Source: Podarcis erhardii
Taxonomy: Eukaryota
DNA: 64,000 nucleotides
Assembly: GCA_964252035.1 (NCBI GenBank)
Contig: OZ176203.1
Strand: one strand, 5' to 3'
A program made the translations under genes and the position numbers. How positions within the stretch are numbered: position 1 is the stretch's first letter; the number at the start of each line of letters is the position of its first letter. Under the pieces are notes generated by a model, which worked only from the letters and a program-made list of their open reading frames with translations, searched no databases and was not told the DNA's origin. Below are positions 12,534 to 24,398 of this stretch, one piece after another.

Positions 12534-12775
12534 TCATAGAATTGTAGAGTTGGAAGGGACCCCGAGGGCCATCTAGTCCAACCCCCTGCAATGCAGGAAT
12601 CTCAACTAAAGCATCCATGATAGATGGCTATTCGACCTCTGCTTAAAAACCTCCAAGGAAGGAAAGTCCACCCCCTTCCGAGGCAGCCAGTTCGTTCCAC
12701 TGTCGAACAGAAAATTCTTCCTGACGTTGAGTCGGATTCGGAATATCCTTTGTTTCTTGAAACTTGAAGCCATGG
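12534..12775 (-). mobile_element. CR1 LINE 3' end fragment
   Basis: Plus-strand CATAGAATTGTAGAGTTGGAAGGGACCCCGAGGGCCATCTAGTCCAACCCC is the reverse complement of the CR1 3' terminus ending in ATTCTATG-type repeats. Confidence 0.8.
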
Positions 12776-14646
12776 CTGTGTGTGTATTTGTGTGTGGTTT
12801 GAATATGCTTTAAAGGTATAGCGTGTGTAGTGTAATATTATGAGTTAAGGTTTACATACTATGCCAGCATACAGTACACCCAAATCGCCTATTTCGTCTC
12901 TGAGCATTCTTTCAGCATAAAGATTTGGGCCAGGAAAGCATGTATAGAGTACATATAGAGCGCCGTGGAAGCTGCTGTTCGAGGGGCTGGGCTGGGGCTT
13001 CTAGAGTCCAATGGGCAGGCCAAAGCCCCGACATCTTCAACGGCGGCCTGGCGGGGTGTGTGTATTCCTTCCCTGCAGGCTGACTTGTGGCACATTTTTA
13101 GCTTAGAACTGAAACCTTGGGAGGATTCTGCAAACGGATTCTTCTTCCCTGATGCAACCTGTGGCGTTGTTGGTTTCGGCGGCTTTTGCACATGGGCTGC
13201 AGCTTTCGTTACTGCTAGTAATTTAGGAGAGACGAGTTTCCCGAGGACAATGTCAGGGGAAAAACAGGATCTCCGAGGAACCGTCTGAAGGGGTTCTGAA
13301 ATGGCCGTGTTGAAGTTAAGGGCATTATGTTATGACCTCTCTTTGGTGAAAGAGGCTTCGGCCATCCGTTTACACAGAGCACGGTGTCGATCACTGTTTA
13401 AAGAATAATAATTATTTTAAAAGCAACCTAAGTGAAGCAGTGGTCCACGCTCTGCAGACAACCAGGAGTGTGAGTGCCAAGTTGTTTCGGTCCCCTTAAA
13501 GAATAAGCGGTTAGGTTGTCTACGAAAGCGACAGCCCTATTATCTATGATTTATTCTTCTACTACTACTACTACTCCCAACATTCCACTACTTTTGTGGT
13601 AGTTGGTCAACCTCTCAGTCAGTGGGTCAGGAGGTGGGTCCGAGCAATGCCATTCATAATCAAGAACCTATTGGTTAAATGTGTAACATTGAAGGAGATC
13701 CGTGCCCGGGATAAACAGCGTGAGATCCCATCTCCCCTCAGTCTAGACTTCCTGCTGAAGGGACTTCCGAGGGTGGAGGAAACGAGGGGATTTCACGCGG
13801 CTGAGGGAATTTTCCCTCACAGGAGTAAAGGCGGGAAAGTTACGTTCAAGTTATGCACAGCATAGACCCATTAAAATAAATAACTTCATTGGTTTCACTG
13901 GCTCTAACTCTGATTATTTCTTATAAATCTAAAGGGTAGATATACCCAATTAACAGGAGCTGCACGGTTTGCTAGCAAACCGTTCCGCCCAAAGTCAAGT
14001 TGTATAGGTGGGGAGGTCTTGAATCGGAAGGATTTGTGAAAGGGGCAAATGGATGGATTTGCCGAAGCGACAGCAGCGGGCGTTTGAGTGAAGGGACCAA
14101 ACGTTTGCACTTAAAAGCACCAAGGCAATAATACTGTATAGCTCGGCGGCCTTTTGCCTCCGTGGCCTCCCTTCGCAAGGGCTTGTGGGAAGATGGCGGG
14201 GGTGGTGTGGGGGAAGAGGACAGAGAGAGAGAGTACAAAACTCTTTTTCAGGGCGTCTTTAGCGAGGTCCCCTCGGCCGATTTCAGGGAGGCTTATGTTA
14301 CTTTGTGGGGGATCACCCCCCACCTCTAAAATGGCAACTGAACCCTGAGTAACATGTGGGCCGGCCAGGCCCTTTCGCAACGTGGCGGCCTTCAGCTGAA
14401 TCTAAACCCTAATGTCATGGAGCTAATTTTCCTGAGGAAAAGACCACCTAACTCGCCGAGAAACCCGCTCGGGGAACTGCACAGGCAGGGCAGGGAGGCC
14501 CAGCTCCCCTTAATATGACCCAGCCAATGTTACGCTGCTTCTCTCCCTCTGCTGCAGAGGAAAAAGGCCAACTTGCACCTCCCGCTAGTGCTTCAGATGA
14601 ACTGTATTCCTGTGCGTTAACGGAGGCTTCTCGGTTCCTTTTCTAG

Positions 14647-14729
14647 GTCTGGGAGACGCCTGGGGCCAGCCGAGCAGATTAGGCCCCTTGGATAATGTCG
14701 CGAAGGAGCTGGGCTCGCATTTGCTTCAG
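14647..14729 (+). CDS. SIM2: SIM2 exon 2 (83 nt; intron 1 extends beyond the window start)
   Basis: ttctag|GT CTG GGA...CTT CAG|gtagag; encodes [28 protein letters not shown], the SIM2 linker before PAS-A. Confidence 0.97.
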
Positions 14730-17019
14730 GTAGAGTCTCTGCGATTCGTGCTGCTGCCTCAATACTGCTTGTGTTGTTTCAGGAGAAGTTCGTTGCGTTA
14801 AAACCCACTGGATCTCGCCTCAGAACCCAAGGCTCGGTCCCCTGGAGAGAGCCGCCTCTTTTTTGTTTCAAAGGCGAAAGGGAAGAGACGGTCCATGAGT
14901 CTAGCAACCGTGGCTTGTGAATAAACCCGTCGCAGAGAAAATGGGCACATGCTGGCCAGCTCCCTCTTCTTAGGAGTAGATTGGGACTTCCATTCCGGGT
15001 TTGTTATGATTTGGGAGTACAGAATTAGGGCGTGGCAATGAATGGGTTAATGTAAAATGAAAGAATGTGATGATCTTGTGTATGCAGGACAACCATAAAT
15101 CAAGTGGCATAAGTGGGCAAGAAACCCTAGTGGCTTGTAATTTATAATATATGCTTGCATATACACACATTTCAGTCAATCTACATGTGCTGCAATAGGC
15201 TCTTTTTAAACAGCTGCATATCTATATCTATACACAAACATGCATTTTTAATGGGAGATTTCAGTTCACTCATTGCTCAGTAGGGAAAACCTTTAAAAGA
15301 ACGCATGGCTCCTGTGGTGGGAGGAGAACATCTGGATTAGATCTTCCATTGACGTTAGCACCTGAAAATACAGTTGTTCAAAATCTGGTTGATCCACTTT
15401 GGAATTTTGCTTCTCTCTATTGTGTAAGTCCCAATGCTGCAAAGGGTATAGACATGCGTGTGCTCACCTCACAAAAGGTTTTTTTGCTAGTAAATTCTTC
15501 CTGATTTTACAGGTATAATAAAGAGAAATGCAGCCTTGAGTAGGTGAAACCGGAAAAATAAAACAATAAACTGTTTTTCAAAGTTACTATAATTCATCTT
15601 GCACTCACTATTGTAACCTTTTTGCATGTTGGTAAAGGTAGCCCTGAAAATAGGAGGTAAGGGTTGAGAACTTTGTTTTAGTCACGCTTTATGCCACTGT
15701 TCTAACCATGTCTACTCAGAAGTAATTCCCATTTAATTCAATGGGGTTTACTTCTAGGTAAGGGGGTTAGTGTTGCACCCTTGGTTCTTAAACTTTTCAA
15801 CCACATTTTACTAGCAGATTGACATTTGCAGGGCCTTCTGAAACTTGAATAAACAGACACTGTATGATAAAGGTTTCCATATCTTAATCATTAGTTTCAC
15901 TAATTTCCATTGGATAGTGGGGTGTATATAATTGTAATACATTAACAAATGCTTTGGCATTGATGTAGAATGAGGTGTATAATGATCTTTTTGCTGGAAT
16001 GTAACCTGTTTTGAAAGTAACTTTAATGAAAACAGAAATTGATTCACATCCTTAAAGTATACTTTATTTGTCATAATGTTGTTGCATAGGAAGTCAACTT
16101 CATGAAAAATAGTGTATACTTTAAGAAAAAAACCTTTTAGAACATATTTGTTGACAAAAATCAAATATACCGGTATGTTTAAACAAAATGTGATATAAAT
16201 TAATTTTTCAAAAATATAGTTTGGCACACAGTAAAAAGCTTAGTGGCATCTATTTATTTGCTAGCTATTTAAAAATGTGTATCTTACCTCTTATGCTTGA
16301 GATGGTTTGCAGTAATTAATATTTATAACATATCTGCAACTTCTTAATTTACTATTTTCAAATTGTGTTTAACACAAAATAATGATGTAATACTATTTAA
16401 AATGTCCAGTTATTTATGAATTATAAATGTTGTTTTAAGACATGCAACTACTTTACTGAAAATATGTGTGCTTTCACCTTTGAGCAAAGAAGGGAGGGGA
16501 GTGCCATGTATTTAAAGAGCCACTAAAAGTAAGGTTTTCTAATGGAAGTGCCAATGCAGCCTAACTATAACATCGGGGAACAAATTGCTAGTTTATGAGG
16601 AATGTTTTAAAGCAATGTTTTATTTAAGAAAGCAGTGATTTCTTCCCCATGTTAATACTGCTACAAAGTTTTGTTTATGTTCAGAAGAAGGGGGGCGGGA
16701 ATGAAACCAAAGAGTAATCTGGTTCTAATTACATGCTGTAAAAGTAGAGTAGGTCAGAGAATAATTTGGAATATTTTTTATTGGGGTAACATTGAACTTG
16801 CCCCTCTGTTGCAGACTTTTATTACTTTCCTTTTGTTCCAGCATCTTAAAATATGAACTAGTAAATATAAAAGGCAATTGCTTTATCTATGGACAGTATT
16901 TAGAAATACATTTCCCTTTTCAAATGTAGACCTCTTTCCCTGCATATGGAGAATTCTTATAGTCTAATCACACTTGTGTAGAGGTGGGTTTTGTTTTAAT
17001 GAACATTTGGTCCTCTGAT

Positions 17020-17283
17020 AAGCAGTAACTTCTAAGGTCTTAGACAGAGGTCTTTCTCAGTCTGCCTACCTGAGATGCTTTAACTGGCAATTTAACTTGA
17101 GACCTTTGATGCTCTGCTGTTGAGCTGTGGCACCTCTCTCAATCATTGCTCCATTCTGATTGGCAGGCTTTTTTGAACTTTACCTGCCTTGCTACCTGAG
17201 ATTCTTCAAAAGGCAATGCCAGGGATTAAACCTGGGACCTGCTGCATATGAAATGGTATTCTAGTGCATTAAGGTTCTTCCCT
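17020..17283 (-). mobile_element. Two decayed tRNA-derived (Squam3-like) SINE fragments
   Basis: GCTCTGCTGTTGAGCTGTGGCACCTCTC and GGCAATGCCAGGGATTAAACCTGGGACCTGCTGCATATG resemble the reverse-complemented tRNA head of the SINE at 29628. Confidence 0.45.
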
Positions 17284-18216
17284 GAAATCAGCAGAGCTTG
17301 CTTCCAAATACATGTTTCTGGGACTGAGATGCCTTTCCTTTTGTGACTCATATCCGAATCCTCAAAATGGTGTTTTGAAGCAGATCTAAATCTATTCATG
17401 TGATCAGGATTAGCGTTTTTAAAATACAACAATATACTTTAATTTTTGCTGAGCCTTCATTTTATCTTATTGGTTAAAATATGCAATATTAGGTCCCAAG
17501 CAATAACTATAGAATCAGTCAAAGTAGCATATTGCAGAGTTACTTGTGAACAATTATATAAGGTAGTTTTAACTTTCAAGGGATTTCCCTTCTATCGTTT
17601 TTGAAATTATGGTTTCATAAAACTTATTTTATGAAACATTCATGTTCTTTCCATTACAAGTTTCAAAGGAGCCACTTGTCAGATTATTCTATGCTCACAA
17701 AACCCTTAATAAAAATAGTCAGAAGAATGCAAAACATCACTCAGGAATCATTAAAACTGTAAATAGTGATAAGTTATTTCTACCAATTAATTGGGATTGG
17801 TTTCCCCCATAAGGACTCAGGATTTTTGCTAAGTACTATAATAACCCAATATCAACATGAGAATGTTAAATTTGCTGCTGCTGTAAAACTAGCATATGTA
17901 AGGGGAGAATGAGTTAGATTTAACTTTTTATAGTGTGTGTATAATAGTAATTGGGCAGCACCAATTATATAATACAGTTAAATCTGTTTTTAATCTGTTT
18001 TAATTTTATTATTGTATACTTAATTTTATTATTTATTTTACCTGCTTATAAATCATTTTGGGATGTTTTAGTGGGAAGTGATAGACATATTTAATCAACC
18101 TAACCTAGTCTTCATCAAGCCAATTTGGGTAATATGTTTTAAAATATATGTTCTTCTGTAGGGGGAAATAAAAAAACTTTATCACAAGCAACTTGACTGT
18201 AAATTGTAAGTGGTAA

Positions 18217-18411
<195 letters not shown>

Positions 18412-18709
18412 TAAATAATTCACACAGCTTATCACTGTAAAGGAAAAACTTTTCATTTTGCTTGTTACTTATATACATTTTGAAACTAAGAATGCAGTTC
18501 ACAAAAGTGCTTTGCTAACTCTACTCTCCCTTGTGCTACTAAAGCCCCCTGGAAGCTGGATACAGCATAGTCCACTTGTCATAAAATTATAGCAAGTGCT
18601 GCTTATTCCTAGCTGGGTGTTGTTACAAATGGCCATTGGCCAGAGCTGTGGTATAGATCTCTGAAAAAAAATATGGAAATTTCCAGTCTGTGTTTTGAAT
18701 TGTATGCAG

Positions 18710-18830
18710 TAAGAATATAAGAACTGCCGGATCTGACCAAAGGCCCATCCATCTCACAGTGGCCAACCAGATGTCTGTAGGAAGTCCACAAGCAGGAACT
18801 GAGTGCAACAGCAGTCTCTCCACTTGTAGT
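18710..18830 (-). mobile_element. Old CR1 3' end fragment (different subfamily)
   Basis: TAAGAATATAAGAACTGCCGGATCTGACCAAAGGCCCATCCATCTCACAGTGGCCAACCAGATG resembles the reverse complement of a reptilian CR1 tail with TTCTTATG-type repeats. Confidence 0.6.
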
Positions 18831-21800
18831 GTTAGCTGCTGTGAAAACAGAGGAAACCTGAGTTTTATAGTAAATGTGCTTTAGGAAAAAATAAAAAGAG
18901 AGCAGATTTATGAGTGTTCACATGGAATTCAGGCAATTTTTCTTGAGTTTTGCCAGCCTTGTGGCCTTTTCAGTAAAGCGTTTTATATGTTTATGGTAGA
19001 ACTCATAAAACCAGGTTTACTACTGTTCTGCTCAAACGTTAGTGTTTGGGGTTTTAGGGCACTGTTACATTTGTTCATTTTAAAGGTAACTAACAATTTC
19101 TTAAATGTATGTTCAACTGAAAACAATGGTATTTACTTTCAAGTACATGTGTTTAGAATAAAGCAATTCTATTTCTGTTAGCAAGCTGAATTGGGATGTG
19201 ATACAGTATTTTGAAATATGAATTGTGCCCAAAACTTGTAATTAGCCCATGTTTAATGGTTTGAAAAATTATTCTTTAGCAGCCTTAGGTTGCAATCATA
19301 TACCACTTAAACTCAGTGCGATTTCCTTCTGATGTAGACGATTGTGCCATTTATCAACACTGGATGTTCCCACTATCATGGAAATGTTTTTTTTCCTGAG
19401 ACCTGTGTGAAGTACTGCTGATTCAGTAAACAGTAAAGAGGGTGTTTATTTTCATGTGTGGAGTGGCTCTTACAGAATGCTCCCATGTGGGCCTTAAAGT
19501 GCATGGTGGGTCAGTATTAGCTTGCCAGTTTCATTTTGCAGGCTTCTCCTTGTAGCCTTGAGCGAAGATCCACATATTTGCTTTGACTTTTATTAATTAG
19601 AGACAGATTGTTATTTATCTTAAAAAAAGATTTAAGAATGGTATGTAACTATTTATGAACTCACTGATAGGACAGGGGACCTGAGGTAGAGTCTGGAATC
19701 GTGTTGCCTAGGCACCACTAAGAGGGGAAGGGCAAGGCAGCAGAAGCAACCTGCTTGCTGTTTCCTCAGGGGCAATTAACAGTTGGGCACTAAGGTTTTT
19801 TGCAGGACCATTTTTGTCATTCTTGGACCTTTTGAAATAATTTTCTTTTCTTTGATTAGAAAAGACCTCTGTACTAGACTTGTCCCTGACATGACACCAT
19901 ATTCTCGAGTTGCCTACACAGTAAAAACCAATTTTCTAGCTATTTTTTAAAGTAACTTCTCATTTTTTTTCAAAAGTGCTCTGCTTTGGTGACATCTGCT
20001 TTACTCTGAGACTCTCAGAGGAAAGCAGACACCACTAGAATGAGGGATTTCTTTGGTGGAAAAAATAGAGTAAAAGAAAGCAACTAGTTGTGTTAGTAGT
20101 AGCAAATCCCTAAATGCAGGCATGGCAAGGAGGTATGTGAGGTATAGAAGCACTCTTAAAAAACTTTTGGCTGTTTTGGTATTCTGGGGAGATGATTCCC
20201 CTCACTTTTTCTGTGCGCCAATACTGTATAGGTAACGAGGAAATTCTATACATGTGGTGCCTTGTTAAGAGACTAAGGTATGACTATGTCTGTTCTACCC
20301 TTCCCCAAGTTCTTTCTGTCTCTAATTTCTACTATAGCTGCCTTTTCTGCCTTTTCAAACCACCTTTTCCCTTTCCAGTTTCTATCCTTCACTCCCTAAA
20401 AATGTTCATTGTGCAAACTGTGTTGCCTCCTTCACTCTCCTGTCTGCAATACTCTACCTTCTTTCTTTACCCTTTTTTCCTTTTGAGAACAATAAGTAGG
20501 AAAATATATTTTGGAAGAATGGCTTTGGGTAAAACACTGCCTCTTTGCATTTACAGTCTCTTTCCCAACAAAGCTAGAAACAGAGAGCTGTGTTATGTTA
20601 GGTCTGATTCAGGGTAATTCTTCCTTCTTGGAAAGGACATAGAGATACAAACTGATACTACTACTTGTTTCCATGTGGGTGGATCTGCCCCTGCTTATAT
20701 ACCACTTGTGTCCTCAAAACTGGAATGAAGGCCCACAGGATAAGATTGAATTTTTCACATAGCTATTGTGTGTATACATTTGGTAAACATTAATAAGCAT
20801 TCACATAGCTGTTAGCCAGATGAAAGACTGCATTCTCTGGCTTATAAAATATACTGAGGGACAGCTTTTAAAGCTTTAAATTGGTTGAGATTCCAATCTC
20901 TAAATGAATCTATGCCTTAATTCAGTAAAGCAAGGCACATGCTTGTAGAAAACACATGAGTTCAACCACATATTTAAATTTAGACCTGTTGTTAACTAGT
21001 TAACTACTGAGAACTGTGAAGTCTAATTCACAAACTTGTTAAAGCTGCTTTTCATTCCAACCCTAAATGTCCTAGTTCTGGTTGGAACTCAATCAGAATA
21101 CTAGTCTCATGGAGTTTACTAATTGGTGGGAGAGGAGAGGAGGAAGAAACGGTTGAACCTGTGACTCTTAATAGCTCATCCAGACCAAGATAAAAAGGAC
21201 TGTTTTGCAGTTTTAACCTACTAAATGCCAACTGCAATGGTAAAATCTGCATAAGGTGTGAATTCACCTTTATAGAAAAGCTAGCTATGTCAGTTGTTTG
21301 AGGAATCAGGAGTGCAAATGGATGGTGTATACACTGTTCCCAAGCTCAATGTAACAGCCACACTGCCAGGGTTGTGTGAGCATAGTCCTTTAGGAAAAGA
21401 CCAAACTCTGATTAGCCTTTGAGAAATGAGTGGGGCTATTCATTTCTCCCCTACCACCCTCCATCCAAGCTGTGATCACACATTTTTTAATAGGGGGTTA
21501 TGCCACTTAGAGGTTTTTTTCCATTGTGAAAAATCAAGGGAACTAAACATTCTATTTCATTGTTATCTCCTCCAGCAATAACTGTTTGACTCTAGAGCTC
21601 AAAATAGAGTCATACTTAACACTGAATACTTTTTTTGGTGTAATTAGTATTTACATAGATCACAGTCTTCAAGTCATGTATGCTGCAACTGAACCTTTTT
21701 TGCTCATGATAAGACAAAACAACTTGTAGATCATGGCTATTGGTTGATAGCTGCTTTTGGTCTAGGAAGATGATAGGAGTGTTAGAAATGCAGTGGGGTA

Positions 21801-21905
21801 TTTGTAAATCATATGTATATTACACACAAGAGACCTCTGAAAATTAATACTAAAAGGGGAAAAAATCTGCTGTAGTTCTGAATGTATTAAATATATTCTT
21901 GACAG

Positions 21906-22014
21906 GTGGAACTCACCGGTAATAGCATTTATGAGTATATACATCCATCAGACCATGATGAAATGACAGCGGTTCTAACAGCTCACCAGCCTCTTCATCC
22001 TCATCTCTTACAAG
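21906..22014 (+). CDS. SIM2: SIM2 exon 4 (109 nt), PAS-A
   Basis: gacag|GTG GAA CTC...TTA CAA G|gtactt; [36 protein letters not shown]. Confidence 0.98.
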
Positions 22015-22644
22015 GTACTTCCATATGATATGACCATATACAAGTAAAAAGGATGATGAGATGTAGTACTGATCTTAACATGCTAACACTTAATCCACTG
22101 AAATTTACAAATGTAAAAAGGGTTCCTGGCCAAGTGTTGTATGTAGCTATATTGATGTAGCATCTTTCATCTCATTCCAAATCGTGAAATTAATATTAAA
22201 ACTTCATTCTTCAGCATACCTAGTTGCAATATTAGGTTTGTTCACAGTGACGAAACTTTAAATTGTAGACTACAGTTATGAAATAATAAATGACTTTGCT
22301 CTGTGAACAAGGGTATAGTAGGTATAGAGTTGTGAAAAATGCTTTGTGACCATTTGGCAACAAACAAAACATTCTGAAGTTTTATGTGATCCTTCTTCAA
22401 AACACATAGAAATGGGAGAGAGCAAGTAAGATTGATTTCATTCCATCACCTCAGGGATGATTCAGGGTTGCATGAAAACTAAATATAATTTCACAGAAGG
22501 GGCTAAAGTATCTTGTTAAATAGCCACTGCCTCCTTTTTTAATACCGTGGCGTATAGCAGAGCAAACTGTTGAAATGTCCATAGGACATATTTATTTGTA
22601 AATCTTTTTTGAAGTTGGACATGTTGTCTTTGAATTTCCAGGAA

Positions 22645-22806
22645 AATGGGATAATTTAAGATACATACTTGATTAAAACAAGAACAATTCACTTATTTGA
22701 AGTTACAGATAGGGATAATGGGATAATTTAAGATACATACTTGATTAAAACAAGAACAATTCACTTATTTGAAGTTACAGTTACAATTCACTTATTTGAA
22801 GTTACA
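22645..22806 (+). repeat. Local tandem duplication: two identical 64-bp units plus a 24-bp partial third copy
   Basis: AATGGGATAATTTAAGATAC...TGAAGTTACAG at 22645-22708 and 22717-22780; ACAATTCACTTATTTGAAGTTACA again at 22783-22806; TTCACTTATTTGAA again at 22934-22947. Confidence 0.92.
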
Positions 22807-22930
22807 CTTCTTCATCTGAAGAAGTGTGCATGCACACTTCTTCATCTGAAGAAGTGTGCATGCACACGAAAGCTCATACCAAGAACTGACTTAGTTGGTC
22901 TTTAAGGTGCTACTGGAAGGAATTTGTTTT
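22807..22930 (+). mobile_element. Penelope-like element (PLE) pseudo-LTR/3' end fragment with a duplicated 30-bp 5' segment
   Basis: CTGAAGAAGTGTGCATGCACACGAAAGCTCATACC...TTAGTTGGTCTTTAAGGTGCTACTGGA resembles reptilian Penelope termini (CTGANGAAG..GAAAGCT..GTCTYTAAGGTGC). 22807-22836 is repeated at 22837-22866. Confidence 0.75.
22844..22880 (+). ncRNA. Minimal type I hammerhead ribozyme motif (PLE-type), stem I 5' arm truncated
   Basis: CUGAAGA at 22846-22852, extra A, stem II GUGUG-caug-CACAC at 22854-22867, GAAA at 22868-22871, palindromic AGCU stem III, CUC triplet with predicted cut at 22875/22876. Only 2 bp (AU/AU) of stem I are present. Confidence 0.65.
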
Positions 22931-23509
22931 GTTTTCACTTATTTGAAATTTCATTGACGAGATCAAATGAGTATTTTATCTTTAATGTGTATTTGATAAT
23001 TGGCATCTCAGTTCAAACTGGATGTAAATAAATAGGTGGGTTTAGATGAGTCTGTTTTATGTTCTCTCTTAATATCTGGATTGTCTGATCTTCAAAGTAT
23101 CAGCAATCTATTTGATGTATGGGTAAGGCAAAGGTACACAAATGACGTGGAGCATGATTTCTTTTGTCACATGTGGAGAGTTTCTTATAAGGCCTGGTAA
23201 ATGTCTCTTCTTTCCTTCCTCCTCTTTGTCATATATGCACCAGCCATTACATTGGAATAGTGCAGAAGGTCTGGATACACTAGAACCATGCTGGCCTTTT
23301 GTTCTGAGTAATGGCCAGTACATGGTCTCCAAGAGGGAAAGGAGAAAACACATCATGTGTCACCCCTCTGATGGTGGCTACACATGGAGATGAATTGTCC
23401 CTTTGGTTTTAATTCATTAAGTATCACACATTGTCCAGTAGCAGGCCATGTATCTGGAAAATACTGGCTAGAGTTTTATTTGCAAATTTTCTTTTTAAAG
23501 TGCTTGATA

Positions 23510-23757
23510 CAGTTGTACCTCTAGTTGTGGACTTAATCCGTTTCGGGGTGCCGTTTGCATCCCGAAAAGTCCGCAACTAGAGCGCTTCTTCTGCGCATGT
23601 GCGCGGTGCGATCGAGTGCTTCTGCGCATGCTTGAAGCACGCAGATCGCTTCTGCACATGTGCAGGTGGTGAACCCGGAAGCAAACACTTCCAGGTTTGC
23701 CGCGTTCGTAAGCTGAAAGTCCGTAACAAGAGTGGAACGCAACACGAGGTATGACTG
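23510..23757 (+). mobile_element. Tc1/pogo (Tigger-like) MITE, second family
   Basis: TA at 23508-23509 and 23758-23759; termini CAGTTGTACCTC...GAGGTATGACTG; CpG-rich interior in an AT-rich intron. Confidence 0.8.
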
Positions 23758-24398
23758 TAATTCAAACAGAACAGATGTTTTTCCAGCCACCAATAATTAA
23801 GCTTTTGTGGCTAGAAATGGTCTGAGTAGTAGCAGCCTAGAGGATCAAACACCATTATTATCTGTAAGCCACTCCCAGGATGGCTCAGTTTGCACTGGGG
23901 GGAATTACAAAAAACATAGGTGTTGAGGTAGGGAGCAATAAACTGACCATTTAAGTTAGCTGTAATATTTGTTTAGCAAACTTTGAGATGTTTGGAATGT
24001 GGCTCTCCTTCTTGGAGTGGGATCTCCTAAGGAAGACCTAAACCCCAGGAGGCAAAGGGGAATGTTGCTTGAAACTCTGGAGTGGGTTCCTTGTTTTGCT
24101 TTCTGGTTGAATTCGCAAAGCTACTAATCTGAGCGCCTGGTAGGTGTATGTGTGTTTGTGTCGTTGTACATGAACTTACTGGTTTATTTATAAAGCGGGC
24201 AGGGAGGATTTCCATGAAAAGGAGCATGCAGGGAGTGGAGGAAAACCTCCCTTCCTCATCCTTATCTCTCTGCGTTCGTTTAAGAGGTTTTCTCTGTGCT
24301 GTACTTCTAGTATTGGAGCTAGACAAGGAAAAGGATGGGTTTCCTTCTCATACATACTCCTTTTGTCTTAAATCCCACTACCCCTCACTTGTCCTTTA

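Larger units (their letters stand above)
1..15030. promoter_or_regulatory. Extended CpG-rich domain over SIM2 intron 1 and exon 2 (CpG island/canyon-like)
   Basis: CG dinucleotides occur in almost every 60-nt line up to about 15030 and are rare afterwards except inside young transposons. Judged by eye; CpG o/e not computed. Confidence 0.75.

Noticed and set aside
5-14380. Many 60-150 aa ORFs in intron 1
   Set aside because: Expected in GC-rich DNA with few stop codons; no recognisable domains, and some simply run through microsatellites.
22238-22310. 10-bp inverted repeat TTGTTCACAG/CTGTGAACAA as a possible miRNA hairpin
   Set aside because: The stem is short and inner pairing is poor; probably chance or a MITE remnant.
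22807-22866. 30-bp direct repeats resembling a CRISPR array
   Set aside because: Only two adjacent copies with no spacers, in a vertebrate intron with no cas genes; explained by PLE duplication.
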